Assembly: GCF_963921235.1 (NCBI RefSeq)
Contig: NC_086108.1
Coordinates: forward strand, 85,190,001-85,254,000
Reading direction: 5' to 3'
From: Mobula hypostoma
Taxonomy: Eukaryota
Length of the DNA stretch: 64,000 nt
The stretch's first letter is position 1. Each line of letters starts with the position of its first letter. The position numbers were made by a program, and so were the translations under genes. Below are positions 1 to 12,694 of the stretch, one piece after another. The notes below the pieces were generated by a model that had not been told where the DNA came from, made no database searches, and worked only from the letters and a program-made list of their open reading frames with translations.

Positions 1-235
1 CCAACGTCTCAAAACCTACACTGGTGATGCTCCCCAGTTTTTACCCGTTACATTGACAGCTGCATTAGTGCTTCTGGAACCCATGCTGAGCTTTTTAATT
101 TCACCAACTTCCACTCTACCCTCAAATTTAATAGGTCCATTTCTGACACCTCTCTCCCCTATCTTGATCCCTCTCTCTCCATTTCTGGAAATAGACCACC
201 TACCGACATTTTTTACAAGCCTACTGACTCACAGT

Positions 236-370
236 CCTCCAACTTTCAAATCCCTTACTCACTCTTCCTTCAGTTAGTCCTGACGAAGGGTCTCGGCCTG
301 AAACGTCGACTGCACCTCTTCCTATAGATGCTGCTTGGCCTGCTGTGTTCACCAGCAACTTTGATGTATG
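236..370 (+). mobile_element. Young PLE 3'-end fragment nested in the older PLE, 11-bp TSD
   Basis: Near-identical to 32610-32748. Flanked by direct repeat tgactcacagt (225-235 and 371-381). Confidence 0.9.
276..311 (+). ncRNA. Minimal type I hammerhead ribozyme (PLE-associated)
   Basis: AGTC-CTGACGA-A-GGGT CTCG GCCT-GAAA-C-GTC-GACT: helix I AGTC/GACT, CUGANGA and GAAA cores, GUC cleavage triplet. Confidence 0.85.
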
Positions 371-1929
371 TGACTCACAGTTATCTTGACTATACCTTTT
401 CCCACCTTGTCACTTGTAAAAATGCTGTTCCGTTCTCTCAGTTCTCCCATTTCCGCTGCATCTGTTCTCAGGATGATACTATCTATTTCAGAACATTCGA
501 GATGTTTCTTCATGGGTTTACTCAAGGTGCTCGGTTTCAAAGAGCAGGGTTTCCCTTCCACTATCAACAATGCCATATTCACCTGCACATCCTCTATTCC
601 CCACATATCTGCCCTCATCCCATCCTCCCACCATCATAACAGAGATAATGTCTCCCTTATCCCTATCTACCACTCAATGAGCCTTCGTATCCAGTACATC
701 ATTCTCCATAACTTTTGCCATCTCTAATGGAATTCTAGTTCTAAACACTCCTCTCCCTCTCCCTTCTCTGCTTTCTGTAGGGATCACTCTATGTGACTCC
801 CTTGTCCACTCATCCCTCCCCACTGAGCTCCTTCCAGGCACTTAGCAAATGGCACAAGTGCCACAACTACTCCTACACCCTTCCCTCATCACCATCCTGG
901 TCCCCAAAAAGTCCTTCCACATGAGGCGACACTTCACCTGCAGGCCAGTCTGGGTTGTCTACTGTATCCGGTGCTCCCGGTGTGGCCTCCCCTCCTTCGG
1001 TGAGACCAGATGCAGATTGGGACACCACTTTATCAAGCACCACCACTCTGTCTGCTGCAAAAGGTATGATCTCCTTGTGGCTACTATTTTCACTTAACTT
1101 CCTATTCCCATTCTGACATGTCTATCCATGGCCTCCTCTAATATCTTGATGAGGTCAAACTCAGGTTGGAGGAACAACATCTCATATAATGTCTGAGAAA
1201 CCTCCATCCGTATGGCATAAATATTGATTTCCTCGAACTTCCAATAATTTATCCCCTCCGTCCTATTCCTTTTTTCCGTTCCTCTTTTTAGTTACCTTCT
1301 CACCACTTCATTTCTCCTCATCTGCCATCGCCTCCCTTTTTTCCCCTCCTCTTTCTGTTCCTTTCATGGTCGAGTGTCTTCTCTTATTTGATTCCTTCAC
1401 CTCTTCCTCATATCCTCTCCCACCCTCTTACTTCATGTCCACTCCCCACCCACCTGCCTTCCTCCTCAGCTGGTCTTACCTATCACCTACTAGATTGTAA
1501 TTTTTCCTCTCCCTCTACTTTCTTATTCTTGTTTCGTCTCCCTTCTTTCCCAGTCCTGATGGAGGGTCTCCTCTTAGCCCAAAGCACCATCTCTTTATTC
1601 CCCTCCATAGACTTGCTGAGTTACTCCATCATTTTGTGCGTGTTGCTCACATTTTCTAGCATCTGTAGAATCCCTTGTATTTAAGTTATTATATTTGTTT
1701 TTTCTGCTTTCAATACTAGCATATTGTGCTTGTATCAGTGTTTGCATTTTATAAGTTGTTCTTCTGGCTTTTATGATTGTAAATGTGCTTTTATAATTGC
1801 AATATCATGTAAATAAATCTTTTTATGTGTTTGGAGAAATGTATAATAACACCATTTAAAATAAATCTCATGGCATTAATATTTTGTTAAATTCTAAATT
1901 GAAGAAATTAAAAATTCTAGATGGAATAT

Positions 1930-2068
1930 GTAAACACAGGATCTCTGTAGATGCTGGGAATCCAGAGTAACACATATAAAATGCTGGAGGAACTTGGCAG
2001 GTCAGGCAGTGTCTATGGAAAGGAATGACCAGTCGACCGTTCAGGCCAAGGCTTTTCATTAGGACTGG
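1930..2068 (-). mobile_element. PLE 3' tail fragment with decayed hammerhead
   Basis: Reverse complement reads agtcctaatgaaaagccttggcctgaacggtcgact...ccagcatctacagagatcctgtgttt. Confidence 0.75.
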
Positions 2069-3379
2069 GTAATATGTATTTCATTTCTGGACTTTTTAAT
2101 CTTGTGAGATTCAATATCAGCTCAAAAATTTGACAGAGATTTCAGGTGAAAAAGATGCAACTACATAGGGATTGAAAGAATAAGAGGAAGGTATGTAATT
2201 TGTGCCTCTGTCATTGCCCATGCATTTCTTTAGAAGGCTTACTTGAGTTCTAGCTTATGTTTTATGCAGCAAACATAATGCACAATGGTGATATGAAAGC
2301 TGGTTTTAATTTTCTGACACAAATTAAAAATGCTGGTAACTTGTTACAATCTTTGAACCAATATTGCTAATGAAATCTGTAAATGGATGCTTAAGCTGTT
2401 CCCTGACTATGACAGAACAACAAACAGAAAGCAACTTGACATCTGTCTTTGAAAGATACTTTGTCACTGGAATAAAATTAGGAAACGCTGCAAACCCTCA
2501 GCAGGTTGGGCAGCAACTGTGAAAAGGAAAATAAAGTTAATGTTTCATGTCTGAGACCCTTCAGCTCTCCATCATTGATTTGACTTCTACACTGTCAGAC
2601 ATTTTGCAGCACTCAATTTAGTAAACAACAGTGAGGACACTCAGCAGGAGCACTGGCATTCATTAGCACAAAATAATTATTAAAACAATGTTCCACGGAT
2701 AACTTTCACAATCTTGTACACTGCTCAGCTTGTTGTTCCTTTCCACATCTTGCGGCACATCAGGCAGGCCAAGTAGCTAGCTTGACATTCAGCCCAGCAC
2801 AGATGGAAAGCATGCAAGGAGCTGGCTGGATTTGAACTCAGGATCACCTGCTTCAAAGGCTGCTACATCACCATTCCGCTATAACTTGGCTCAGCAAACC
2901 AACAGTTCTCCCCCCATTAATATAAACTTGGTCATAGATTGTGAGATTGTGAGATGGGGCTAAACTTTTTGGGTTTCTTGTCTTGCTTATTTTTAACCAT
3001 TTGTTTTCAACAGCATTGAAAAATTTGTACAACATTTATACACTAATTTGTAATATGTAAATATGATTGGTAAGGCCAGTATTTATTCCCTTTCATATCA
3101 CACTAGAAGTTGTGATGAGCTTCCTTCTTAAGCTACTGTAGAATCTCCGGTGAAGGTATTCCTATAGAGCTATTATGTATGGGATTGAGGAGTTAGACTC
3201 TGTGACACTTAAGCAACCTTGATATATGCATTTCCAGGTCAAGATGGTGGATGTGTGATTGAAGACAGAATCTTTCAAATGGTGGTGTTCCTTTCAATCT
3301 GTTGAACCTGTTCTGTGAGGGAGATTTCTGGTAAAGACACCATGGATTGAAGTTCTGCATTTTGTAGATGGCATATACT

Positions 3380-4051
3380 CTTCTTCTTCTTCTTCTTCTT
3401 CGGTTGTTTATTGAAATCCGATGATGACGTTCACTCCTTTAATGGTGAGAACTTTGATGACAATACAGTCCTATCCTGGACCCACAAGCTCTATTGCAGG
3501 TGGGACATGTATATGTGATAGTGGTGGCAACCATGGCTGCACTTCTCCTGGCTCTCTTCTGCTGTCTTCTGGTTGTTCTTTCCATCCCCAGAATACGAAC
3601 CCCGTCCCTACACAGCTGTCACCAAGTGGTATGGTCAGCAGCAACTTCCTCCAGGTCCTTGGATCTGATCCTGCACTTCCTTAAATCTCTCTTCATCTGA
3701 TCCTTATAGTGCTTCTTCGGCCTTCCAGCTGAGCATCGACCATGATGTAGCTGGCCGTATAACACTCTGCGGGGTAGCTGACATGGGGGCATCCTTATCA
3801 CGTGCCCCAGCCACTGCAGCTGACGCTGGGTGATCATGGCCTCAATACTCCTGCAGTTGGTTTTTACAAGTATTTCAGCGTGAGGCACCCGCTCACGCCA
3901 GGTAATTCCCAGGATGCGCTGGAGGCAGCTTTTGTGGAAGCGCTCCAAGGACTTGATGTGACAGCTGTAGGTTACCCAAGCTTCACAGCTATAAAGGAAG
4001 GTGGTGACATAGACCACTTGGTATACGGCGACCTTTGTGGAGGGAAGAAAT
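3380..4051 (-). mobile_element. RTE-clade LINE, 5'-truncated, (GAA)n tail
   Basis: ORF 3619-4059: TKVAVYQ..LYSCEAW..CLQRILGITW..QWLGHVIRM. (ctt)n at 3380-3401. TSD gatggca(t/c)atact at 3367-3379 and 4052-4064. Confidence 0.85.
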
Positions 4052-4369
4052 GATGGCACATACTACACCCATGATGCCCCAAGTAGCAGATGTGGTGAAT
4101 ATTCAATGTTCGCTTTCTAGCTAATAAGTAGGCTGCTTTGTCCTGAATGGTGTTCTGACTGCAGCTCCTGGAGTGGGTTCCATTGCATGGATGCCTGATT
4201 TTTTTTGGTGAAAGTTTTTGGAGTCAGGAGATAAGTTACTTTCTGCAGAATGCCCATTCTTTCTCATGTTGTAGGATAAGTATATTTGTAACAGGTCCAC
4301 CTAAGTCTCTGTTCAGTGATGTTGATGAGGGGAGATGGTGATGGAAGGCTGTTGAAAAGCTAATGTCGG

Positions 4370-5985
4370 AGGGAGGAGCTCAGTACGATGGCACCTAAAG
4401 GCGATCCCTTTGCTTGCATCTTCGGAAACAAGCTCTATTTCAGAATAAGAATCAGGTTTATTATCACTGGCATGTGTCCTGAAATTTGTTAACTTAACTG
4501 TAGCAGTTCAATACAATACATAATATGGAAGAAAAATAATACTACTAATAAGTAAATCAATTACAATATACCTATATTGAATAGATTAAAAATCGTACAA
4601 AAAACAGAAATAATATATATTTAAGAAGTGAGGTAACATCCAAGGTTTCAATGTCCATTTAGGAATCAGATGGCAGAGGAGAAGAAGCTGTTCCTGAATT
4701 GCTGAGTGTGTGCCTTCAGGCTTCTGTATCTCCTACCTGATGATAACAATGAGAAAAGGGCATAACCTGGGTGCTGGAGGTCCTTATTAATGGAAGCTAC
4801 CTTTCTGAGGCACTGCTGCTTGAAGATGTCCTGGGTACTTTGTAGGCTAGTACCCAAGATGGAGCTGAATAAATTTATAACCCTCTGCAGCTTCTTTCTG
4901 TTCTGCACAGTAGCCTCCAACCCCCATAGAAGACAGTGGTGCAGCCTATCAGAATACTCTATAGATGTTTTTGAGTGTATTTGTTGACATACCAAATCTC
5001 TTCAAACTACATATGAAGTATAGTTGCTGTCTTGCCTTCTTTATAACTGCATTCATATGTTGGGGCCAGGTTAGATCCTCAGAGATCTTGACACCCAGGA
5101 ACTTGAAACTGCTCACTCCCTCCACTTCTGATCTCTCTATGAGGATTGGTATGTGTTCCTTTGTCTCACCCTTCTAGAAGTCCTCAATCAGCTCTTTTGT
5201 CTTACTGACGTTGAGTGCCAGGTTGCTGCTGCGATGCCACTCCACTAGTTGGCATATCTCGCTTCTGTATGTCCTCTTGTCACCATCTGAGATTCTACCA
5301 ACATTGGTTGTATTATCAGCAAATTTATAGATGGTACTTGAGCTGTGCCTGGACTGCAAGACCGGTCGTTTCTCGATACGCTGAGGACGTGGCCTGGAAG
5401 ACTAGTGCGCCTTCAGTGTGCCGGATTTTTGTGCCTCTTTAGGCTGGTGAATTCGAGGTCGGTGCTCCCACTGTTGTGTCGTGGGAGTACACGGAAGATG
5501 GAAGCTGGCTGCTGGCTGTGTGCCCAGAGATCCGAGATCTTTGGGCATGGAGCTCGGCGAAAGTGACGCAACAGACATTTAACACCATAAGTTGGCGAGT
5601 TGTTTTGTTATGTCTCCCCTCTCGCTGTGAAATGGGGACATCTCTTTTTCCCTTGTTAGGGAGAGAAAGCGCCTGTGGTATGTCAAATTACCAGGTGAAC
5701 GAGTAGTCTTTGGGGTACTGCAAGTCTGTGTCTTTATTGATGCTTTGCTGCACGCTTCAGTGCTCGGTAGAGGGTGCAGATGCATTTTTGCTGGTAGGGG
5801 GCGGTTGCCACTTTGCTGTTGCTTATGCGTGGGAGGTGGAGCTGGGGGGGCTTTGGGGTTCTAATATTTAACTGTCATTCATTCTTTGGAGCATTCCTCT
5901 GTTTTTCGTGGATGTTTGCAAAGGAAAAGAATTTCAGGATGTATATGGTATACATTTCTCTGACATTAAATGTACCTATGAACCA
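4370..5985 (+). mobile_element. Non-autonomous LINE-derived element split by a Rex1-type insertion
   Basis: 5' part gggaggagc..gatggcacctaaaggcg (4370-4441) appears to resume at ~5349 and ends with a Rex-like 3' tail (ttcaggatgtatat...ctgacattaaatgtacctatgaacc). No coding capacity. Confidence 0.5.
4442..5348 (-). mobile_element. Rex1/Babar LINE 3' fragment
   Basis: YKFADNTTNVGRIS..LALNVSKTKELI and DLQHPGYALFSLLSSGRRYRS..FRNSFF. Tail (attct)n-like. Confidence 0.85.
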
Positions 5986-6787
5986 AAGAAAATCATCGTG
6001 GGGAGAATGGTTCAAATTTTTCTTTTGATTATCGTAGTTGCCTGTCACTCATTTGCATCTTCCGTGGTTGATTCTTTGCAGAAGACATAATTTTTCTCGA
6101 CACTATTTTCCTGTGGTATGAGCAATTAATTTAATGTTGATGTTAACTAATGCTGCTTGAGTTAACTGAAGGGAATTAATTTGTGAAAGACTTGAAAGCT
6201 AAACATTCAGTTAATACTTAAGGCTAACAATGCCTCTGACCTCACCTTTGGAGCTGATGATCACACAGCTGAATTGCATGCGTCAATAGCTGTGTTTTTA
6301 CACCCTTCCCACCACTGCTGTGCCCGTATCAAAAGGCAGCCTTAATAATTGGAAGCTGTTTTCTGTAGATGCAATGCATTAAGTTTCATGTCTCAGCATC
6401 CTTTCAGATCATTCAGTTTCATTCCATTGGTTTAAGTGGAATGAAAATCTGGGAGGTTTTACAATGGGCAGATATCCATTACATCAGATTACTGCCCAGA
6501 AGCTGAAGGTGAAACCGTACACCTCTGTATACCTGAGAGTCCAGGGTCAAGTGTGAGGATAATACAGGTGTTTTATTTTGCAAGGGTTTTTTTTCATCCA
6601 TTTTCAGGTATTGACCTTCATCTAGTGTGTATAAGCAAAGAATTTTAGGTAATTAGATATTTGTCCTAGAATTTACAGGGAGAAAAGTGTTGGCATTTTC
6701 CTTCATGAATGCCAACATTCAATGTTTCCTTACACATGTGAAAGTATACACAAGTCAATTGGAGGTTACTGATTAAGCTTAATTGTC

Positions 6788-7030
6788 AAATGCACATTGA
6801 GACGTACAGTGAAATGTGTCGTTTTGCATCAAATCAAATCAGTGCGCGTTGTATTGGGCAGCCCGCAAGTGTTGCCGTGCTTCTCGCAGCAACACAGCAC
6901 CCTCACAACTCACTAACCCTAATCATACCCCTTTGGAACTTGGAAGAAAACCCACTTTTCCTTACTGAAAATTGAACCCCCTTATTGCAGCTGGTGCTGA
7001 ATAATGTTACACTAAATTCTGTGCTCCCCT
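6788..7030 (-). mobile_element. Degenerate tRNA-derived/V-SINE-family SINE
   Basis: Similar to the reverse complement of 44335-44650 and 63723-63990. Confidence 0.55.
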
Positions 7031-8635
7031 GCTGCGTCATGCATATCCTGAAAGTTTTTGACAAGGTTTGATAATGATAATTTTGTGGAGCACATCAGCT
7101 GATCACTAAGTTGCTATGTTTTTCAATTGCTTACACTGGGGGATTTGAATGGAAAAGAGCAATGAGGAACAAATGTAAGTTTGATTAATATATATTAATT
7201 TTCTGGATCATTTAAATATCCTTACTTATTTATCCACATTTCAATGATTGATATTCAAAGTTCTGTTAAAGCAATTTAATAAATTTTAACTTTATAATAT
7301 TTTTATTAGTTGCTGAAAGTTTTGACTGTTTAAGGAAGTCAGAAATATTTAGAAACATGTAAATCTTTTCAAGTTGTGCCAGTCTGCATAGTGTGTCTGT
7401 GTGGATTATTATCATCAACTTGTGGGTGGGATTTTTTGATATTTTTAATAATTGCTGAAAGGTGTAAAGATGTTGATTGTTTATGGAGATAAGAAATATT
7501 TGGATACTTAAAATTTTCAAGTTCTGGCAGCCTGCATAAGTGTGTGTGTGTTTAGATTACTCTCATTAACTTGTGTGTGGGAAATATTTTGCATTCCTTC
7601 CACCAAACCCTTCACCATTTATCGGAATTTATGCTTGGATGTCCTTACACAGCACCAGCCTCCATTACTGAAGTTCCAGTCTTCTTTGGTGAGTGAGTTG
7701 TACTCAGGCAAATTGCATAAAAGTGAAGATCATCCTCTTCACTGAAAGCAAACACTTTTAAACTGTTTAAAAAATTTTTTTTGCCATAGTGCACCCAGGC
7801 AACACCAGTTCCCAAACACGTCTCAAAGAAACAGATTGTCAGACTCAGTAAAGCTGGTGGCTAATAAGACATTTTTTTCCACTGGGTTTTTATAGCCAAC
7901 AATCTCAATATATCTGCCAAATTTACTTTGTTTTTGCCTTCAGCAGTACAGCACAAGGAAAGCATTATCCCAAAGCAAAAGCAACTTAAAATCTTATTTA
8001 GTTACTTATGTGTACTTGTCTTCTGGTCCACACCTGTCAGTGAACTTCTGATTTATATCCTGATATACTGTGAGATATGGTTAACTACCTTATCATTTTC
8101 ACATTTATCTGTGGGGGAAAGGTTCACTTTCAATGTTGAAGTTGTTCCCTTCCTTGCTGAAAAATTGTAGATGATGAAATTCACTTTTGAACTGATAAGC
8201 TCTGACTTTCTATCCAAAGTGATGTTGATTAGCAATGTTTATACTGTATGGCTAACTGTCTGATCCTCAAAAGGGGACGAGAATGTTAATTTATTGCTTG
8301 TTAAAGTACTGAACCAGATTTCTCAACCTGTATTGGAGTCAAGCAAGTTATTTAATGAACAGGTAGATCACTCCAGTGATAGAATTGCAGGTTACTTTTG
8401 AATGATGACATACAATGTCAGTTGTAATCGGCTTGCAACTTGGCTGCTAACTTTCTGCTAACTAGAAATCACATTACTGTTGATAGGAAAATGTTATGTT
8501 CCGAAACTTGCCACACTTGAAAGCACAGTTCAAAACACAGTTCTATAAATGGTCTGCATGCTTGTCGCCCAGAAAAAATTATCCAAGAAAAGTAAAAATC
8601 GAACTTTCACTTTGTTCCAAGGGATAGGATAGATA

Positions 8636-8848
8636 ACAACACTCACAACACGCTGGAGGAACCCTTTGTCAGGACTGAAGAGGGAAGGGGATAGGGCCTC
8701 TGCCCCTTCCCTCTTCAGTCCTGACGAAGGGTTCTGGCCCGAAACATTGACTGATCGTTTCCACGGATGCTGCCTGACCTGCTGAGTTCCTCCAGCGTGT
8801 TGTGAGTGTTGCTTTGACCTCAGCATCTGCAGAGTATTTTGTGTTTAC
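8636..8848. mobile_element. Short inverted PLE-tail insertion with 13-bp TSD and hammerhead variant (8717-8752, +)
   Basis: TSD gataggatagata at 8623-8635 and 8849-8861. Internal fold-back caggactgaagagggaagggg / ccccttccctcttcagtcctg. Confidence 0.85.
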
Positions 8849-10094
8849 GATAGGATAGATAGATCTGTCTCCAAATCAATCATAAATAAATAAATCTGTT
8901 GCCCTGAAAACAAAAAGGAGCAAACATATCTCTCCCAAACAATTATGTAAAAGGAATGAAGCAGTTTCACATAATCAAGTCAAGTAAATATTTCTTTCTG
9001 TCATACTCTTTGTTGTTAAGATTCAGACTACCTGATTTCAGACAGCCTCTGTTTTTTACTTATCTTTCCTAATCCACTGAACCAAGTGGGTGGAAATATT
9101 CTTCCTTATATCCCTTTAAACTTCTTTCTTCTCATCTTAAAACCACGGCCACTTGTTGTAGATATCTCTACCATAGAGAAGTGTTTACTACTACCTACTC
9201 TATGTGCATTGCCTTAACTTTGTACACCTGCACCCCAGCCTTCTTCACTCCAATGGAAAAAAATGCCCGACTTTCCACTCTTTGAAAACTGAGACACTCC
9301 AACCCTGGCAACATCCTGGTGGATTTCCTCTGCAACCTCTTCAAAACAATCATGTCCTTCCCTTACAATAGTGACCAAAACTGCATACAATATTCCAGAT
9401 GTGGCCTTATCAGTGTTTTATAAAATTGTACCAAAACTTCCATGCTCTTATGTACTGTGCTCAGCTAATGAAGGCAAGCAACCCAGATGCATTTTCTATC
9501 AATCTGTGCTGCTATCTTCCTGGACTTTTGCACATCTCTCTGTTTCTCCGTGCTCACTTTGGCTCTATGATTTATTGTGTCTAATGAATCCTACCCTTCT
9601 TTGACCTTCCAAACTGTGAAATTCACACTTATTAGGATTAAATTTCCATTGCCATTGCTCTGCATAATTTACCAGTGGATCAATAGCTTTCTGTAGCTTG
9701 AGATTATCATCCTCACTTGCACCACCAATTTTTATGTCATCTGCAAATTACTAAGCATATCTCCAACATGAATATATGAATTATTAACATAAATAAAAAA
9801 TCTAGGGATCTCAGTACTGATTCCATTCATCACAGGCTTCTCTTCATAAAAGCAACTATCCATTATCACTGTCCATCTCGTTTCACCAAACCAATTTTGG
9901 ATCCAGTTTGCCAATTTGCTTTGGATCTCTGCACTTCAAATCTCCGGCTTTCCATGTCAGATTGCATCAAATCCATTACTAAAGTCCATATAGACTACAT
10001 TCCTCATCCATTATACTTCATTATATCTTCATAAATTCAATCAGACAGGATCTCCCACTAACTGACTATTCTGACTATGTTGAATATATTGACT

Positions 10095-10498
10095 TAGTCA
10101 TAGTCATAGTCATAGTCATACTTTATTGATCCCGGGGGAAATTGATTTTCGTTACAGTTGCACCATAAATAATTAGATAGTAATAAAACCATAAATAATT
10201 AAATAGTAATATGTAAATTATGCCAGGAAATAAGTCCAGGACCAGCCTATTGGCTCAGGGTGTCTGACCCGCCAAGGGAGGAATTGTAAAGTTTGATGGC
10301 CACAGGCAGGAATGACTTCCTATGACGCTCTGTGTTGCATCTCGGTGGAATGAGTCTCTGGCTGAATGTACTCCTGTGCCCAACCAGTACATTATGTAGT
10401 GGATGGGAGACATTGACCAAGATGGCATGCAACTTGGACAGCACCCTGTTTTCAGACACCACCATCAGAGAGTCCAGTTCCATCCCCACAACATCACT
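10095..10498 (-). mobile_element. Rex1/Babar LINE 3' fragment, (GACTAT)n tail
   Basis: VSHPLHNVL..STFSQRLIPPRCNTERHRKSFLPVAIKLYN; (tagtca)n at 10095-10120. Confidence 0.85.
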
Positions 10499-10538
10499 TC
10501 CTATGCTGACTATGCCTGATCAAACACTGTCTTTGTAA

Positions 10539-10670
10539 GCAACACACACAAAATTCTGAAAGAATTCAGCAGGCTAGGCAGCATCTATGAAAAAGAATAC
10601 AGTCAATGTTTCGGGCTGAAACCCTTTGGCAGGACTGGAGAAATAAAGGTGGGGGTGGGGGAGAGAGAAA
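10539..10670 (-). mobile_element. PLE 3' tail fragment, decayed hammerhead at 10601-10636
   Basis: gcaacacacacaaaa...agtcaatgtttcgggctgaaaccctttggcaggact. Confidence 0.75.
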
Positions 10671-11014
10671 CACAAGGTGTCCTTGTAAGTGTATATTCAT
10701 CCTGTCCTTCATAACTTTTCCCAATTATTTCCCTACCACCAATTTGAGATTCATTGGTCTGTATCCAACTGGTTCATCCTCCTTACCTTTCGTGAACAAG
10801 GGAAACACATTTGCCATCATTCAGTCTTCTAGTGTTTCATTCTTCAGGGTCCCAGTTATTACCACCCTTCCCATTCAATAGTATGCTATAAGATATCACC
10901 ACATCATTTCCCAAATCTGTTACAATGTCCTTCAGAATTATTTCAGAAAAGAAGTATTCTTTTAAGATATCACCCATTTCTATGTTTCCACATATAGATT
11001 GCACCTTCAATATT

Positions 11015-11590
11015 TCAAAGTTCAATATTCAAGTTCAAAGTAAATTTAATATTAAAGTGTGTATATATGTTACCATATACAACCCTGAGATTTATTGTTT
11101 TGCAGACATTTACAGCAAAATAGAAATACCATACAATGTTATGAAAGATCAGACAAAGACTAACAACAACTAATATGTGCAAGAAGATAAAATGTGCAAA
11201 CAAAAATATTACTGAGAATACGAGTTAGAAAGAGTCCTTGAAAGTGAGACGGTAGGCCAGAGAACCAGGTCAGAATAATGATGAGTGAAGTTATCCACGC
11301 TGGTACAGGAGCCTGATGGTTGTAGGATAACAACTGCTCCTGAATCTAGTAGTGTGGAACCTATGGCATCTGTACACTCTGCCTATCGGTAGTAGCAAGA
11401 AGAGTGTGTGGTGAGGTAATGGAGGTCTTTGATGACGGATGCTGCTTTCTTCTGGGTGTGTTTTATGTAAATGTACTCAATGGTGGGGAGGGCTTTGCAT
11501 GAGATGGACTGGGACGTATCCATCACTTACTATAGCTTTTTCTGTTCCTGGGCATTGGTGTTTCCATACCTGGCTATGATGCAACTAGAC
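11015..11590 (-). mobile_element. Rex1/Babar LINE 3' fragment
   Basis: Inverse homologue of 12000-12250; tail aaatttactttgaacttgaa. Confidence 0.7.
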
Positions 11591-11679
11591 TTCAACTGGT
11601 TCCATTCTTTTGGACTCTCCTCTTCATCTTAACATAAAATTGCTTTACTTTAATCTTACCTGCCGGTGACATTTTGTGA

Positions 11680-12447
11680 CTGTCTTGAAAATCTGGCTGA
11701 GTGGTGCCACAACAACAACCTTTTACTCAATGACAGCAAGACCAAAGAGTTGTTTATTGACTCCAGAAGGAGGAAAGCTGAGGTCCATGAGCAAATCCTC
11801 ATCAGAGGATCTGAGGTGGAGGGGGTCAGCAACTTCAAATTCCTCAACCTCAGAGGACTTGTCCTGGCCCGGCACATAAGTGTAATTGTGAAGAAATCAT
11901 GGCGGCACCCCTACACCCCTAGAAGTTTGTGAAGATTTAGCATAACGTCTAAAACTTTGACAAACTTCTATAGATGTATGGTGGAGTGTATATTGACTGG
12001 TTGTATCACAAACTCTTTTGGAAACACCAATGCCCTTGAACAGAAAATCCTACAAACAACAATGGATATGTCCCAGCCCAACTCGGGTAATGCCCTTCCC
12101 ACCATTGAGCATTATCGCAAGAAAGCAGCATCCATCATCAGGACCCCCACCACCCAGGCCATGCACTCTTCTTGCTGCTGCCATCAGGCAGAAGGCACAA
12201 GACCTGTAGGGCTCACTCTACCAGGCTGAGGAACATTTATTACCCCTCAACTATCAGGGGATAATTTCACACAACTTCACTTGCCCCATCATGGAAATGT
12301 TCCCACAACCTATGGACTCACTTTCAAGGACTTTTCATCTCATGTTCTCAATATTTGTTGCTTATTTATTTATTTATTTATTTATTATTATGATTTCTTT
12401 CTTTTTGAACTTGCTCAGCTTGTTGTCTTTTGTACACTAGTTGAACA
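11680..12447 (+). mobile_element. Rex1/Babar LINE 3' fragment (3' UTR resumes at ~15252-15500)
   Basis: ENLAEWCHNNNLLLNDSKTKELFIDSRR; TNFYRCMVECILTGCIT. Confidence 0.85.
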
Positions 12448-12690
12448 CCCATGCTGGCCTTCATAACAAGGGGAATTGTGTATAAGAGCAAAGAGGTCCT
12501 TCTGCAGTTGTACAGGGCCCTGGTGAGACCACACCTGGAATATTGTGTACAGTTTTGGTCTCCAAATTTGAGGAAGGACATTCTAGCTATTGAGGGAGTG
12601 CAGCGTAGGTTCACAAGGTTAATTCCTGGGATGGCGGGACTGATTGGACACGCTAGAGGCAGGAAACATGTTCCCGATGTTGGGGGAATG
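12448..12690 (+). mobile_element. CR1 LINE fragment
   Basis: MLAFITRGIVYKSKEVLLQLYRALVRPHLEYCVQFWSP. Confidence 0.9.
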
Positions 12691-12694
12691 TGTC

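Larger units (their letters stand above)
30..1682 (+). mobile_element. Old, degenerate Penelope-like element (RT C-terminus, GIY-YIG, 3' tail with decayed hammerhead)
   Basis: Broken frames give THSYLDYTFSH..CKNAVPFSQF and RHFTC..VVYCIRCSRCGL..GETRCRLG, homologous to the PLE ORF at 29435-30580. Tail has cagtcctgatggagggtc...ctagcatctgtagaatc. Confidence 0.9.
9090..11010 (-). mobile_element. Old CR1 LINE (RT region), interrupted by younger inserts
   Basis: ANWIQNW..; reverse of atgtcatctgcaaatt encodes the FADD motif; LKEYFFSE. Confidence 0.75.
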
